A DNA stretch of 55,137 nt from Coniocarpon cinnabarinum (taxonomy: Eukaryota): assembly GCA_051942205.1 (NCBI GenBank), contig JAVECO010000161.1:1-55137 (forward strand). Direction: 5' to 3'. Positions 35,529 through 47,437 of this stretch are shown piece after piece. A model generated the notes under the pieces. The model saw nothing but the letters and a program-made list of their open reading frames with translations, did not search any database and had not been told where the DNA came from. Every line of letters starts with the position of its first letter. Positions within the stretch are counted from its first letter, which is position 1. A program made the translations under genes and the position numbers.

Positions 35529-37448
35529 TCACGCACCCTCCAACACATCCTCTGCAATTTTCTCGGCCAAGGCATAAACGCTCGCCTGCGGATGCCCAGG
35601 CAATGCAAACGGAAACGCCGAGATATCAACAACCCTCAAATTCTTGACACCGAACACACTCCCCTTCGCATCGACGACAGCATTCGTGTCATTCTGCATC
35701 CCCATGGCACACGTCGCGCTCGAATGCCACATCGACACCGATGAACTTTTGATGTACTCGAAAATGGCGTCATCTGACGTCACGTTGGCACCAGGCATCG
35801 CCTCCGGGCCGACCGTAACGTCGGAAATGGCACCCCAGATTTGGCGGAGACGGCGGAATGCAAGAATGGCCACTTCACGGTCGCGTTGGTCAGCGAACCA
35901 GCCGGGTTGAATGACAGGCGGGTCCAACATGGTGTTGCTTCTGATTGAGACGTAGCCTCGCGACAATGGCGCCACGAGGGCCGCACTGATGCCCGCAAAG
36001 TTTGAGCCGTTCTTAAACTGTGTCGCGCCGTTGAGGTATTCGATCTCGGGCCAGTCTTCAGGGAATGCCTGAAGAGCTGACTGTGTGTCCGGGCTGAGAT
36101 TGGAGAGGACGTCCTGGTTAAATTTCTCGAAGCCGATGTAGCCATCCACAGAGCTCAGGGGACCAGTGCCATTGGCATGGTATTCGGCTTCGGTGGCCGG
36201 GAGGTTGCTGGGTTCGAGGAGTTCGCCCTCGGTTGGGAGATTGACTTCATTGGTGATGGCGAAGGCTTGTTGGTCCCAGAGGTTTTGCCCGACACCGGGC
36301 AGCTCCTGCACGATGGGGATGTCGAATTGATCTAGTGTGTCTTTGGGACCGACGCCTGAGACCATCAGAAGTTGCGGGCTTTGAATCACGCCGGCAGAGA
36401 CAATGACTTCCTTTGAAGCGGAGAGGGCGTAATCGAAGCCATCGGTAGAGATGACGACGCTGTTCGCGGCTTTATTGTCGTCGAAGGTGATGCGTTTGGC
36501 GAGTGTTTGCGGATAGACTTGAAGGTTCATCTGGCAACGGTCCGGCGAGAGGAACGCAGTTTGCGAAGACGCGCGCAAAGCCCCATCCGGGTTGTTGATG
36601 GTGCTCGTTACGTACGAGGAGAAGCCGCTGAGGATGCCCGTGTTGAAGCCGACTTTGCTCTCAGTAATGCCCAGCGCGGCCATGCCCCTGCCTAGCCAGG
36701 TGAGATACGGGTCGACCCAGTTGGGGTAGCCGACGTGCAGCGTGCCACCAAGCGAGTTGTCAAACGCCGTTGGGTCATACGCGACGGAGGCATTCTCAAG
36801 GCGGGCTTCTGTGTTAGGAGGAGAGAAATCTACGCTCCTTTGGAAGTAGTGCAAGAAGTTGGGCAGGGCGTATGTCTGATCGCCCGCGACATCTGCCCAG
36901 CGTTGATACGTGCCAGCGGAGGCACGGTGGTAAGCCATGCCATTGACGGCGGAGGATCCGCCGAGCGCCTTGCCGCGGACATAGTGGATTTGCTGGTTGT
37001 CGATGCCAGGAATGGGCTCAGTGAGGAAGCGCCAGTCCACCAGCGGCTGTGATGGGCCTTGGGGTGAGGTCGACAAGAAAGAGTTGAGAATCGCGTAGCC
37101 AGGGATTGTGCTGTGATTGTTGTTTGTGATCTGGTAAAGACTTCCGGCTTCGACGACGGCAACTGAGTGATTGGCCGCCAGGCGATTGGCAATGGTCAAG
37201 CCAGCAGTACCTCCACCAACAACCACATAGTCATAGGTCTAGAATCGGCCCTCTGGTCAGCTCAACAGGTCCGATATGTACACAAGTACATTATCACGTC
37301 CGGAAGAATGATAGCTTACAGCGTTCTGCCCGACGGCCCCAAAGGCAGACGAACACGACGAAAAGACCTGGGCATTAGCGGACTGTGAGGAAAAAAGGAC
37401 AAATGCAGAAGCAAGCAGCTGCCACGCGCAATGCAAACGCGAGCTCAT
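35529..37448 (-). CDS. Secreted GMC oxidoreductase (AA3), 2 exons
   Basis: Signal peptide MSSRLHCAWQLLASAFVLFSSQSANA. Intron 37319..37239 leads to 'TYDYVVVGGGTAG'. 'RGKALGGSSAVNGM', 'SPQLLMVSGVGP', active-site 'WHSSATCAMG' and 'PGHPQ'. Confidence 0.95.
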
Positions 37449-38749
37449 CTTGCACCAGGGAAGCTCTCACGGCCACGCGCGCACACACGTTCACACGGTG
37501 GGGTCGAGAACTCAGAACGATCGAGGATACAGAGTACAGGAAGCAGGGGTCGGGGGGGATAGAGGCATTAACACCAGGAGCGAGATGATTGGCGTGGTGC
37601 CGGGCGAAATTAGGAGACGTCATCGAAGTGAGCCAACGTGCATGAGCTCTGCGCCCACGCGGCTCGTATGGCAGCAGCAAGCAATGAGCGGAGGTGACCT
37701 GAGTCCCGACAGAGGTTCCAATGTTTGCGGTGGCTGTCGACGAGTGCCCAAAGAGGGCTAGCGCGAACCGTGGCAAACCATGGCGAGTGGGAAGTCCGTG
37801 CGCGGCAGGACGGCAAGTCCTAATCCCGTCCCGTGGACGAGTGTGACTGGCTAAGCCCACCCTGGCCTGTCTGACATCTGGCAGGGTGTCTAGGCTGCGT
37901 TGGGGTTGGCGCGGGCAGTGGCCGCCACCATGCCACGGGACTTTCGGACGACAGCGCGCTCGCTAAGGCGGGTGACGGGCTGGGCAGTCGAGCGGCGTGA
38001 CGGTCGCGGATTGACCACTACGCTGGGCTGCGCTGGGGTGCGAGATGAGTTGGTGTTTGCAGTCTCCAGTCCTCCGCATCCGACTAGACCAGCCTCCGCC
38101 CTCCTCCCGCACGTACCTCGGACATTCGTGCTCCTCCCTATCTGATGCAGCGTGGTAGTCGTTGGTGCGGGCAGTAGTGGCTGCCCCGTGAGGACCAGAG
38201 AACCTCGCCTTGGCGTAACACGGTGTCTGATACCTTGAGGGCGTTGGCGCAAGGTTCGTAGGCGGTACATGAGGCCCACAGCAGTGCAACCTCAGACAGA
38301 GTGATGGCCAAGGTTCAAGTTCACTCGACAATCCTTGTTCGAGCGGCGTCATCCTGCACATCCGCCTCCTCTTCGGAGTAATGTTTGGGCAAACATGCTT
38401 CGCGGACGGTGTGCTCGCGTAGGCCTGGGCCTGCACCTTGACGCACCCAACGGTACCTCTGCGATACATCACCTTTCCACGCGTTCGCCCTAGATGGTAG
38501 CTATTCTCAATGCTTGCGTCCGGAGCACTCACCTCATGCGTCTTGTGCGGATCCCGCTAGGTGAGCATCCTCCGTGATGGGTAGCAAGCACCCCCACGGT
38601 ATATGTTGCCGGCGACATGAAGCCCAACCGCAGTCAGATCTGTGGGCTCCATCAGCTGGATCTCAAGTGGAGTAAGACATACATAATTGACCCCCGTCGC
38701 CCCATCTACTTTGATCTTCCCGTAGTCCTGGAATTGTTGTAATTGCAGG

Positions 38750-40373
38750 ATGCCGGCCGTCGCAGCGATGAAATCTGCTCCCGAGAGCCAATTAGAGGAT
38801 CGCGGCCTGTGGAAGCCCACAGTGCTTCAGCGGCCGTCTTTGGGCCAGCAACGCTTGGATCTGCTGGCCGCAATCAGAGGGCAACACGTGCACATCCCCG
38901 ACTTCGCCGCCGTCTTTCAAGACTGGCCCACGGGTCTTAATCCTGGCCTCCCACAGCTGCAAGTGGAAGTGGAGCAACGCTTGCTGAGGTGAGCATGGTT
39001 TCCTCGTGTAAAGCCTGAGACATGGGACTGCTCTGCTGACGCGTTTCAAAGTCTGGTGCAGCAGAGTCCCCGCCTTCTTGCCAGCCCTACGAAACTTCAA
39101 AAGCTTCGAGGAGCAGACTTTGCCTTGTTTGGAGCTTCCTGGTGGCCATGGGTGGATTACTCGACGTTGCGGACCTTGACTTTTCTGGCAATATGGGTTC
39201 GTGTGGCCTCTTTTTTACTCTTTTCAAGTTGTTAGTGTGCTGACGGTTCTTGTCTGCTAGCTTTTCCTTTGGGACGATGGTAAGTGTCTAATGCGTGCCT
39301 CATGTGTCATGGTTGATGTTGAATGAATCATAGAGGTCGACGCGGAAGATGGCAGTTTGGCACGAGATTTACAGAAATCTCTAAAGTATCGCAATGAGAC
39401 ACTGCTATTTGTCCGCTCTTCGCTCGGGCTTGCGCATGTGAACGATCCTCCAGCAGTCTCCAGCAATGTTCTGATTTACAGCTTCGATACGATTGGCTCA
39501 GTCCTTCGAGTAAATTGCTCGACAGGTAAGAGATGATGAACCCGAATTACTGGCGTCTGTTGAGTTGAGATTATCAGAGCAATGTCGCGCAGTTCTCAAG
39601 GAGATTGAATTCTACATCCAAGCCACTGAGACCGAACAAAGACGACGCTTAAACACCGAGCTACCGACAGTCGAGGAGTACTGGGCATGTCGTATGGGTA
39701 CTAGCGCCGTGGGCGCTTGTATTGTTGCTATGCAGTCCGTTTGCGACCTGCTCCTGCGGGAGATGGCCTCAGAAGCTGATTCATGCTAGGATACTGCAAT
39801 TCCCGGGCATGTCTGGCGCACATGCATTCCAGGGACTTGTTGATCAACTCAATGACAAGGTCAACATCATTATTTCTGCGTACGTTCACATTCACAATGT
39901 ATTCGACCATTGCAGCTGACAGACCGTTGAAGCACGAACGACATCCTGTCGTTGAAGAAAGAATTGGTGCGTAGATACAGGCGTAAATTTGTCTCGTATT
40001 GCTTTTTTCGCTGAATCTGGACAGGCTTCGGACACTGTCGACAGTCTCATACCTTTACTGTATCATTACGATCGGTCGAGCATCCAGTCTGCTGTTGACA
40101 ACGCTTTTTGTACCATTACACAAGCCCGCATTGATTTTGACGCACTCGCAGACGACTTCTTAAAGTTGATGGCTGGTGCGAATGCGGTCAACAAGGACGT
40201 GGTGGAATTTTTGCATGCGTGCCGGGGCAATTGCACTGGAAATATTTCTTGGAGGCAAGTTGACGCTTGAATGAGACACAGAGAGGAAATCTAACCATGG
40301 TTGCAGTTTAACTACTGGTCGTTACGGTTTGAACACGGTGGAATTGAGGAAATGTCTTCTCATAGTTTTGTAA
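38750..40373 (+). CDS. Class I terpene (probably sesquiterpene) synthase, ~9 exons
   Basis: Spliced product has DDxxD 'LFLWDDEVD' (19-nt exon 39261..39279), 'RMGTSAVG', NSE/DTE 'NDILSLKKE', 'DSLIPLL' and 'WSLTTGRY'. Introns start at 38989, 39197, 39280, 39526, 39735, 39879, 39967 and 40255 (GC donor). Confidence 0.92.
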
Positions 40374-41177
40374 GGGCTCGCTGGCATGGCTCTGGATTTG
40401 TCATACAAACAAATGATGTAGACTTTTTGTTTCACCCAAATTTGGAATAGTATTGGATTCATACTGACGGCCGTGAGAAGCGAGTCTGAGGTCAGCTCTT
40501 GACGTTGATGTTGTAGGGAAATTGTTCCTATAGAGATAGCCAATGGCCTAAAATCAATCTTGCGTGATCAATGCAGGCATGGTCAGACCCAGAGTCATGC
40601 TTTGACCAGAAGCTATGCCAGTCATAACAATTCTTGTGAGGCTGACACCCAGAGCAATGTTGCGCGCTAATCGTGGGCGCCCGTCATGAGCAACGGTCAT
40701 AATCCTAGAGCTAGTCATGCGCAATTACGATCATTTCCACATGTCAGTTTCGATCAAAGAAGAGGTCGTAGTCATTGCCTGATAAGCCTGTCATAGTCGG
40801 GGTTTGAAGCACATTGGAGGACCGCTGGTTGTGCCGGGCTTTCTGACTCGACACACACTAGCGGACGGGTTCAGGCGACCGGACAGAGGCGGGGTGTCCG
40901 AGACCAACATCACCTCAGGTACTTGGCGGGTACTGCAGCGGCCGTGCATGCATTGGGGAATGATGGGTCCCGCGGGCCAAGCTAACGCACACAATGCTGT
41001 CAATGTCACCGCGCCTCTCAGCGAGACCCGCAGGCCCCGTCAGCGCTATTCGGCGTCCAGTCTCTCGAAGGCTTTCTAGAATTGCTGAAAGCCACTAGGC
41101 AGTGCACACGTCTCACAACCTCAAATGCCAGCCAGAGGCTGCGCATTGGCATTGAAGATTGGAGACAGCAAGCGACC

Positions 41178-43179
41178 ATGTCTTCGTACGTAGGATTCTC
41201 CACCCACTGGGGAAACGTGCAGTTGACCACGTACAATCTGAGTTTGGGATTCTTCGCGCTTTCTGTGCTTTATACCGTGTGCACGGTGGTCTACCGCCTG
41301 TACTTCCACCCTCTTGCCAAGTTCCCAGGCACGAAGCTCGCTGCAGCCACGAAATGGTACGAATGCTATTTCGATTTGCTGAGCCAAGAAGGGGGCGGTC
41401 AATTTCCATGGGAGATCGACCGCATGCACGACGTCTATGGTACGCGCTTGAGCCATAAGCTCTGGGAGTCCGAGTTGCTAATCCTCAGGACCAATTGTGC
41501 GAGTCAACCCTCATGAGCTCCATGTCCGAGACTCCTCCTGGTATTATGTTCTGTACAATGCGGGCGGCGTCGTTCGAGATAAGTATCCGCCTGCCGCGGA
41601 AATGGCGGGCACGCCTTTGGCCTGTAGGTGACGACCGATCTATCCTATGCTGTAATGATGTGCCGTATTCACCAGACTCAGCTTTTGGAACGGCCAGCCA
41701 TGATGTGCATCGAAGACGGCGGGCCCCGATTGCGTCATACTTCTCCAAGAAGTCTGTTTGGGAATCGAGAGGCGCAATTAAAGAGCAGCTCGAAGTCTTG
41801 TGTAGGAGGTTGGACAAGTACTGCGACTCTGGCGAGGTCATCAATGTACAAGAGGAATTCTTAGCTTTTACGAGTGATGCATTCACTCAGTTAGGTCAGC
41901 TCACTCCGTGTAAAGCTCGTTCATTCTCTGCCAGGATAACTGACTCCTCTTTGCAGCATTTGGTACGCCGTTTGGATTCCAAAATGACGCTCAAGAACGT
42001 CATCAATGGCATGAGACGATGAAAGCCGTGGCCACCATGACCAATGTCATCAAGCAGTTTCCATGGGCGATCAAATTCGCTTTCACTATTCCGCTGTCAT
42101 GGATCATGCGCGTGTATCCAGAGCTTGGGCGTCTCTTACTGTGGCAGAACGTGAGCTCGGTTTGCCCGACATGCGTGAGCAGTTACTAATTTTGACAGCT
42201 CATCCGCCTTCGAGCCAAAGCATTCGTTTCTGAGATGGCTGACTCAAAAGACAAGAATGATTCTGTCAAAGCAGCTGAATATCGACCCCAAACGATATTC
42301 CATGCCATTTGGCGTACCGATTTGCCACCTGAGGAACTGACTGTGGAGCGACTGGGTCAGGAGGGCTTCTCAAGTCTCGCTGCGGGTGGTGAAACCACGG
42401 CGCGCGCGCTGTCAAGAGCACTGTATCACCTCAGCGCGGACCCTGAAACACAGCGGTGTCTTGAGGAGGAGGTCCTCCCGTTGTTTGCATCAGATGCAGG
42501 TCCGCCTTCTTTAGAGACGCTGTCTACCCTTCCTTATCTGGTGTGTCATGAACCATGTTCGATCTTGCTGGAAGTTTATATCCATTGACACGCTGATCCA
42601 CAGTCATCCGTGATCCGTGAGACGCTCCGTATCACCGGCCAAGTGGCTGCTCGTCTCCCACAGATCTCGCCCAGGGAGACGCTGCAGTACAAAGATTGGG
42701 TTATACCGGCGGGGGTTCGTTCAATGATGATCCTCGCTCTCGTATCCCCTCACTAACGATAATAGACGCCCGTTAGCTTGACCATTCACAAGATGCTCAA
42801 TGATCCAGCGGTATTCCCCGAGCCAGAGCAGTTCAGACCGGAACGATGGCTGCAAGACAGTCAAACCGTTGCAAACATGACCAAAAATTACGTCCCGTTC
42901 TCCAAAGGGACTCGTTCTTGCCCAGGTTTGCAGTAAGTTCGGATACTTCTCTCTTCCTCTTTGCTTTTCCTCCAAATCATCAGTGCAGACTGACACCCGA
43001 ACAGTTTTGCTTATGCCGAATTGTATATGGCATTGGCACTGCTTACACAGCAATTCACCTTCGAGCTGCATGACACCGACTACGCGAGGGATGTAGAGAT
43101 CACGCGAGAGCGCTTCCTCTGCGAGCCGTCGGCCAGAAGCCGTGGAATTCGGGCTGTTGTGAGGCACAGGAAACAATGA
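41178..43179 (+). CDS. Cytochrome P450, CYP58/trichodiene-oxygenase-like, ~8 exons
   Basis: N-terminal TM followed by '[24 protein letters not shown]', '[13 protein letters not shown]', I-helix 'AAGGETT', 'ETLR', 'PERW', heme motif '[10 protein letters not shown]'. Frame stays continuous across canonical introns. Confidence 0.94.
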
Positions 43180-43431
43180 GAGTATGTCCTCGGCCCGTAG
43201 GTCATACAAGCGAGGCTTGGGGAAGCATGGTCGAAATGTGCTCAAGCACGCCCCTCATAGATCTTTGAATAGCCAAAAGCCGCCTTTGCTGAAGACGTCC
43301 ATCTACTATATTGCCAGGAAACGCGATAAACTGGGATGCATGAAAGCGGACTTAACGGAGGCAGCACAAGTTGATCCATGGATCGCAGCATTGAGACCAA
43401 AAATGTTCATGGTGCGCTAAACTAAAAGGGA

Positions 43432-44642
43432 TTATGAAGTGTCCTTTATGTATGTCGAGGTCGTACTGGATAACCCGTTACCAGAACCTTTGCTTTTCTG
43501 TGATAAGTCCGTGCGGTCCACCAAAGGTATACCATCGCGATCGTCTTCACTACGCGATTCTTCGAGCCGATAGAACTGTGAGTTGCGGTACCCTCCTTCG
43601 CGATCAGTTCTGCGATCGCTGTCGAGTGCGTTGTTTGACGAGGCACGAGTGCGCCCGCTAGATAGCTTCGATGCGAAAGCACGCGTGTGGTCAAGAATAG
43701 GCTTCAAGGTTACCCCACAGGCTACTATCAGTGCGACGCACGGTTCAAGTGGTCCCCAGATGTAGACATCGACACTCGTGTATGTGAAGTCGCTGAAGTC
43801 CGTATTGACCAGGGCATCTAGCCGCAAGATGCCGATGACGGTCGCTAAAACTCCAAGCGAGAAGATGGACAGTACACCGAGTTTCTGTACTGTTCGCATC
43901 TGAAGTCGAAGCACCATGGGAATCGGTAGAAAGAGAATCAGGCCGTCAGTGATGACGTCGACAGCTCCAATGGAGACGTAACCGGCGTGAGTGTTTCCGC
44001 AATGGCCTGTCTGAGTCGTCGTGTTCCAATTGTAGGAGAGCGGCGTGCAAATGAGAAAAGTGACCAATATGACTGAAATGGCCCAGGCAATACATATGCC
44101 CATCACAATGAAAGTGATGATGCGGAACGGCAGAGGAAAGAACACGCGCGCGAATGTTATACAGATGCTGCATTTCATGCAGCCCATGGCGACGGCGTAT
44201 AGGACCTGCAGCGCAAGGGAAAGCTGTCAAAGCGCAAGTCGTCAGTGACATTTCTCTTCGAATGTGGAGAATCAGCCTCACTCTTAGATTCAAGGTGCGA
44301 TTGGCATCTGGCACCTCCTCAATGTGATATCCCACGCCACCTTGATAGACAGCCGCGAGATTTGTCGCCGTATAGCCATACTGGCAGATCTGGTAGCACT
44401 TAGCTTTGTCCGATTGCTTGGGCGCATTGCCAACATGTACATCGGCCAGGGAAACTCACCAGGCCGAACAGAACAACCCAGTCCTCGATCAGGATTGACG
44501 TCCGCTTCAATCGCCGGCCAAGCAGGCGCAGCGCAACTGCGAACGTTGCCAATACGGCGAAGACTACTTCGATGGGGAGAATCTTTCGGGCTTTGTGCGC
44601 GGGTGCTGGATATGGCAGCGACGTCGGGGGCGTGGCAGACAT
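43432..44642 (-). CDS. Pth11-like (CFEM-less) multi-pass integral membrane protein, 3 exons
   Basis: 'VFAVLATFAVALRLLGRR…EDW', 'KCSICITFARVF', 'CTPLSYNW…GHC', 'DGLILFLPIPMVLRLQM…KLGVLSIFSLG', 'WGPLEPCVALIVAC'. Confidence 0.88.
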
Positions 44643-47437
44643 GTTGAGGAATTGGGAGGCAAAGGCCGAACACGACTTGACCAGAGACTCAAGTAGCAAA
44701 TGCACAACTGGGCCTGGAGCCAGAGATCAATGAAGAGCCTTTGGCCTCAGGTATGGCCGGCTGGGCGGGTGATCTTCTGAGAAATGCATCAGAGGCATGA
44801 ACGGCATTTGAGCGACAGCGAGGTGGGTGCCCCTGTGTTCGCAGCAGTAACATGCAGGTACACGGGCAAGTGCCGCGATTCACCAGAGGCGTATCAGTAC
44901 GTAGTCTGGTACCTCCGCAACAATGAATTGGCAGCCAGAGTGCCCAAGCTAGTTGGGGTGAAGTCTCTAGCTCTGGCCAGGTCTTAGCGCAGGAAGTCGG
45001 GACAATCGGCCGCTGTACTTGCAAGGGTGTGCACACGGGCGGTGGCGTCGTCACCCCTGCAGGCTGTCGTTGGTGCACATATCGATTCTGCCTGACTCAG
45101 CATCTCTCGAGTGTCTGAGACAGCGTTCTCCGGGGAGAGGAAGTGGTGAAATCCTTCGCGAGCGGTATCCAGCACTTGCCCACATTGACTCCATTGATAC
45201 GTGAAGGATCAGAGCCGCCACGCAGGGACGCGTCGGCAGCCCTGTTATCGGAGCTTTACCATGTGATCTTCATGCTTCGCACCCATGTGCGGCAGTGAAG
45301 TGCCTTTGGACGGCGCCCACCACCTGGTGACGCCAACGTGATTGACGGCGGGGCATGTCACCTAGCCGTCACCCTTTCCCGGAACATGGGGTGGAGACGT
45401 GACCAGCTTCGGCAGCAGGAGACCAGACGGTGGGTTCCAGCAGATTGCAGAGGTATTTGCGATGGTCATGGCCCACGCCGGCGCCAGTCATGGTGAGATA
45501 GTCCGTAGTCCATGGTGTGCGCGAAGGAGTGCAAGTGGGAAAAGGTCGCAGACTCGCAGCCGCGGGCGGCGTTAGGGACCCGTACATCCGGGCAGGGCGG
45601 CGTCAGGCCTTGCAGATGAGGGGCAAATTAATTCCCCTGAACGGACGCACGCAGACGCTTGCAGCTGATGATCACCACGCCTCCTACGCATGCGAGCAAG
45701 CGGACGTGACATGCTCGCCGCGGCCGGCTCTTTCTCGCTGCCCTTCACGGACCACGGTAGCATGGAATCTCGCGCAATCCGTCCTATCAGCGCGACGTTG
45801 ATGCAGTGCTGCGTCGCCCGTGCGCCCCACCCCGAGCTGCCGCGTTCGCAGATGTGGTATCGTTGATGCTGCGTGCTGTCGAGTCATCTCCAAAGTCCAC
45901 AGAGGTATGTGTCAGCTGCTCTGCTCCCGCACGTGGCACGCACGAAGGCGATCGTCTCGTCAGAGCGTGCATCACTACGAGCGAGAATTCAGACGCGGCA
46001 CGCCTGCAAACACTCGACCTGCTCTCTGAGCATGCAGTCTAGCCAGCTCCGTCAGCTGACGACATGGGGCAGTCGCAGCATTACGCCATCCATCTGCTCA
46101 CGGACAATTTTCGCCCAGCCGGACGGTCTGGCTTTGCAACCCATGTCGACTCATCGTAGCTCCGGACAAATGTGAGCAAAGTCGAGCCTCTTGCCCCCAG
46201 GCCCTGAGCTCCACTTATTCACTCTTTTTCCCCCTCTGTCACATTCACTTTACCAACAATCCGTGGTGATTATTCCACCTTCTTCATTTGACTTGCAAGC
46301 CGCTTCTGCTGCAACCCTTGGGTCAGACTTAGCTTTATCCTCAGTGCATGTACATCCCCAATATGTGATATCTCTTGCGCGGTCGCAGTTTCATGGCGAT
46401 CTCTCCAGACCCTCATCTGGGTCGGTAGGGAGGAAAGTCTCTTGCCGTCCACCAGTGAGACTCACCAGCTTTAAATTCAAGCACACTAGCCGCAAGCGTC
46501 TCCTCTCACCCGTAAGTGGAGGGGCGAAGAGAGAGGTGTAGTCTAGTGACATGCAGCACCATCTCGATGCACTCACTACCTGGTAATGTCTTGCTCAGAA
46601 GACGGGTACATGTCAAATGTCGCCGACGCATCTGCCACGCAGAGCATTGCGATCAATCTTCGTAGCCGGCACCATCAAAACATGCCAGAGGAACGAGAGA
46701 CGACAGTCAGCTGTGAACAGGCATCTGCGGTGATTCGATGTGATGCTGTACGCTGCCGCGATCATCGTGTTGATCTAGCGTGCGCATGATGGGGCACAGC
46801 ATGGTCAAGAGCATGGTCGAGAGCCGCCAAGGAGAAGTGCAGAAGGCGAGGCTTGGCGGTCTTGTTGCCGTCCGTGGTTGCTGGAGATCAGCGTCCATGG
46901 GTCGGTCGCAGCTCTGCCGTCTCACTAATGCTCCCGTCCGCTCCGTTCCGCCACCGAGCACCAGCACTAAAATGAACCGATCCATCGATCCAATCAATGA
47001 TCTTCTCATCTTGTGTCCAGATGTCTCGGCCCTGGGGTGCAATGTACTGATACAATACGAAAGCCATCTGCAATTTCCCAAATAGTCCCCAGTCGACTCT
47101 GAAACGTTATTTGCTTCCCAAGTTTGTCCTTTGAAGCAATGCGTGTGACTGTGAAATATCCCAGAACGGGTGGAAGGATAAGTCAGGGCTCACATCCGTC
47201 CGATGTCAACAGTAGTGATTGTGATGACCTGTCTTCAATTTCGCAGGCTAGCAGCTGCATACGTACGCGACTCGATATGCAAACTGAGTCCCAATCACAT
47301 TCGGTCACCTTGTAACACAAGTTACCTGATTATGTAAACTCTTTCAACACTTGACTCTGTCACTTTATACTTCCTCAGCTGTCGTCAAATTAAGTTATAC
47401 ATCTCACTGGTAGAAGAAGAAAAAGAAACAAGTCAGC

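Noticed and set aside
37858..37888. Imperfect palindrome CACCCTG…TGTCTGACA…CAGGGTG in the GMC/TPS divergent promoter
   Set aside because: Single short instance, not seen in other cluster promoters, so compatible with chance.
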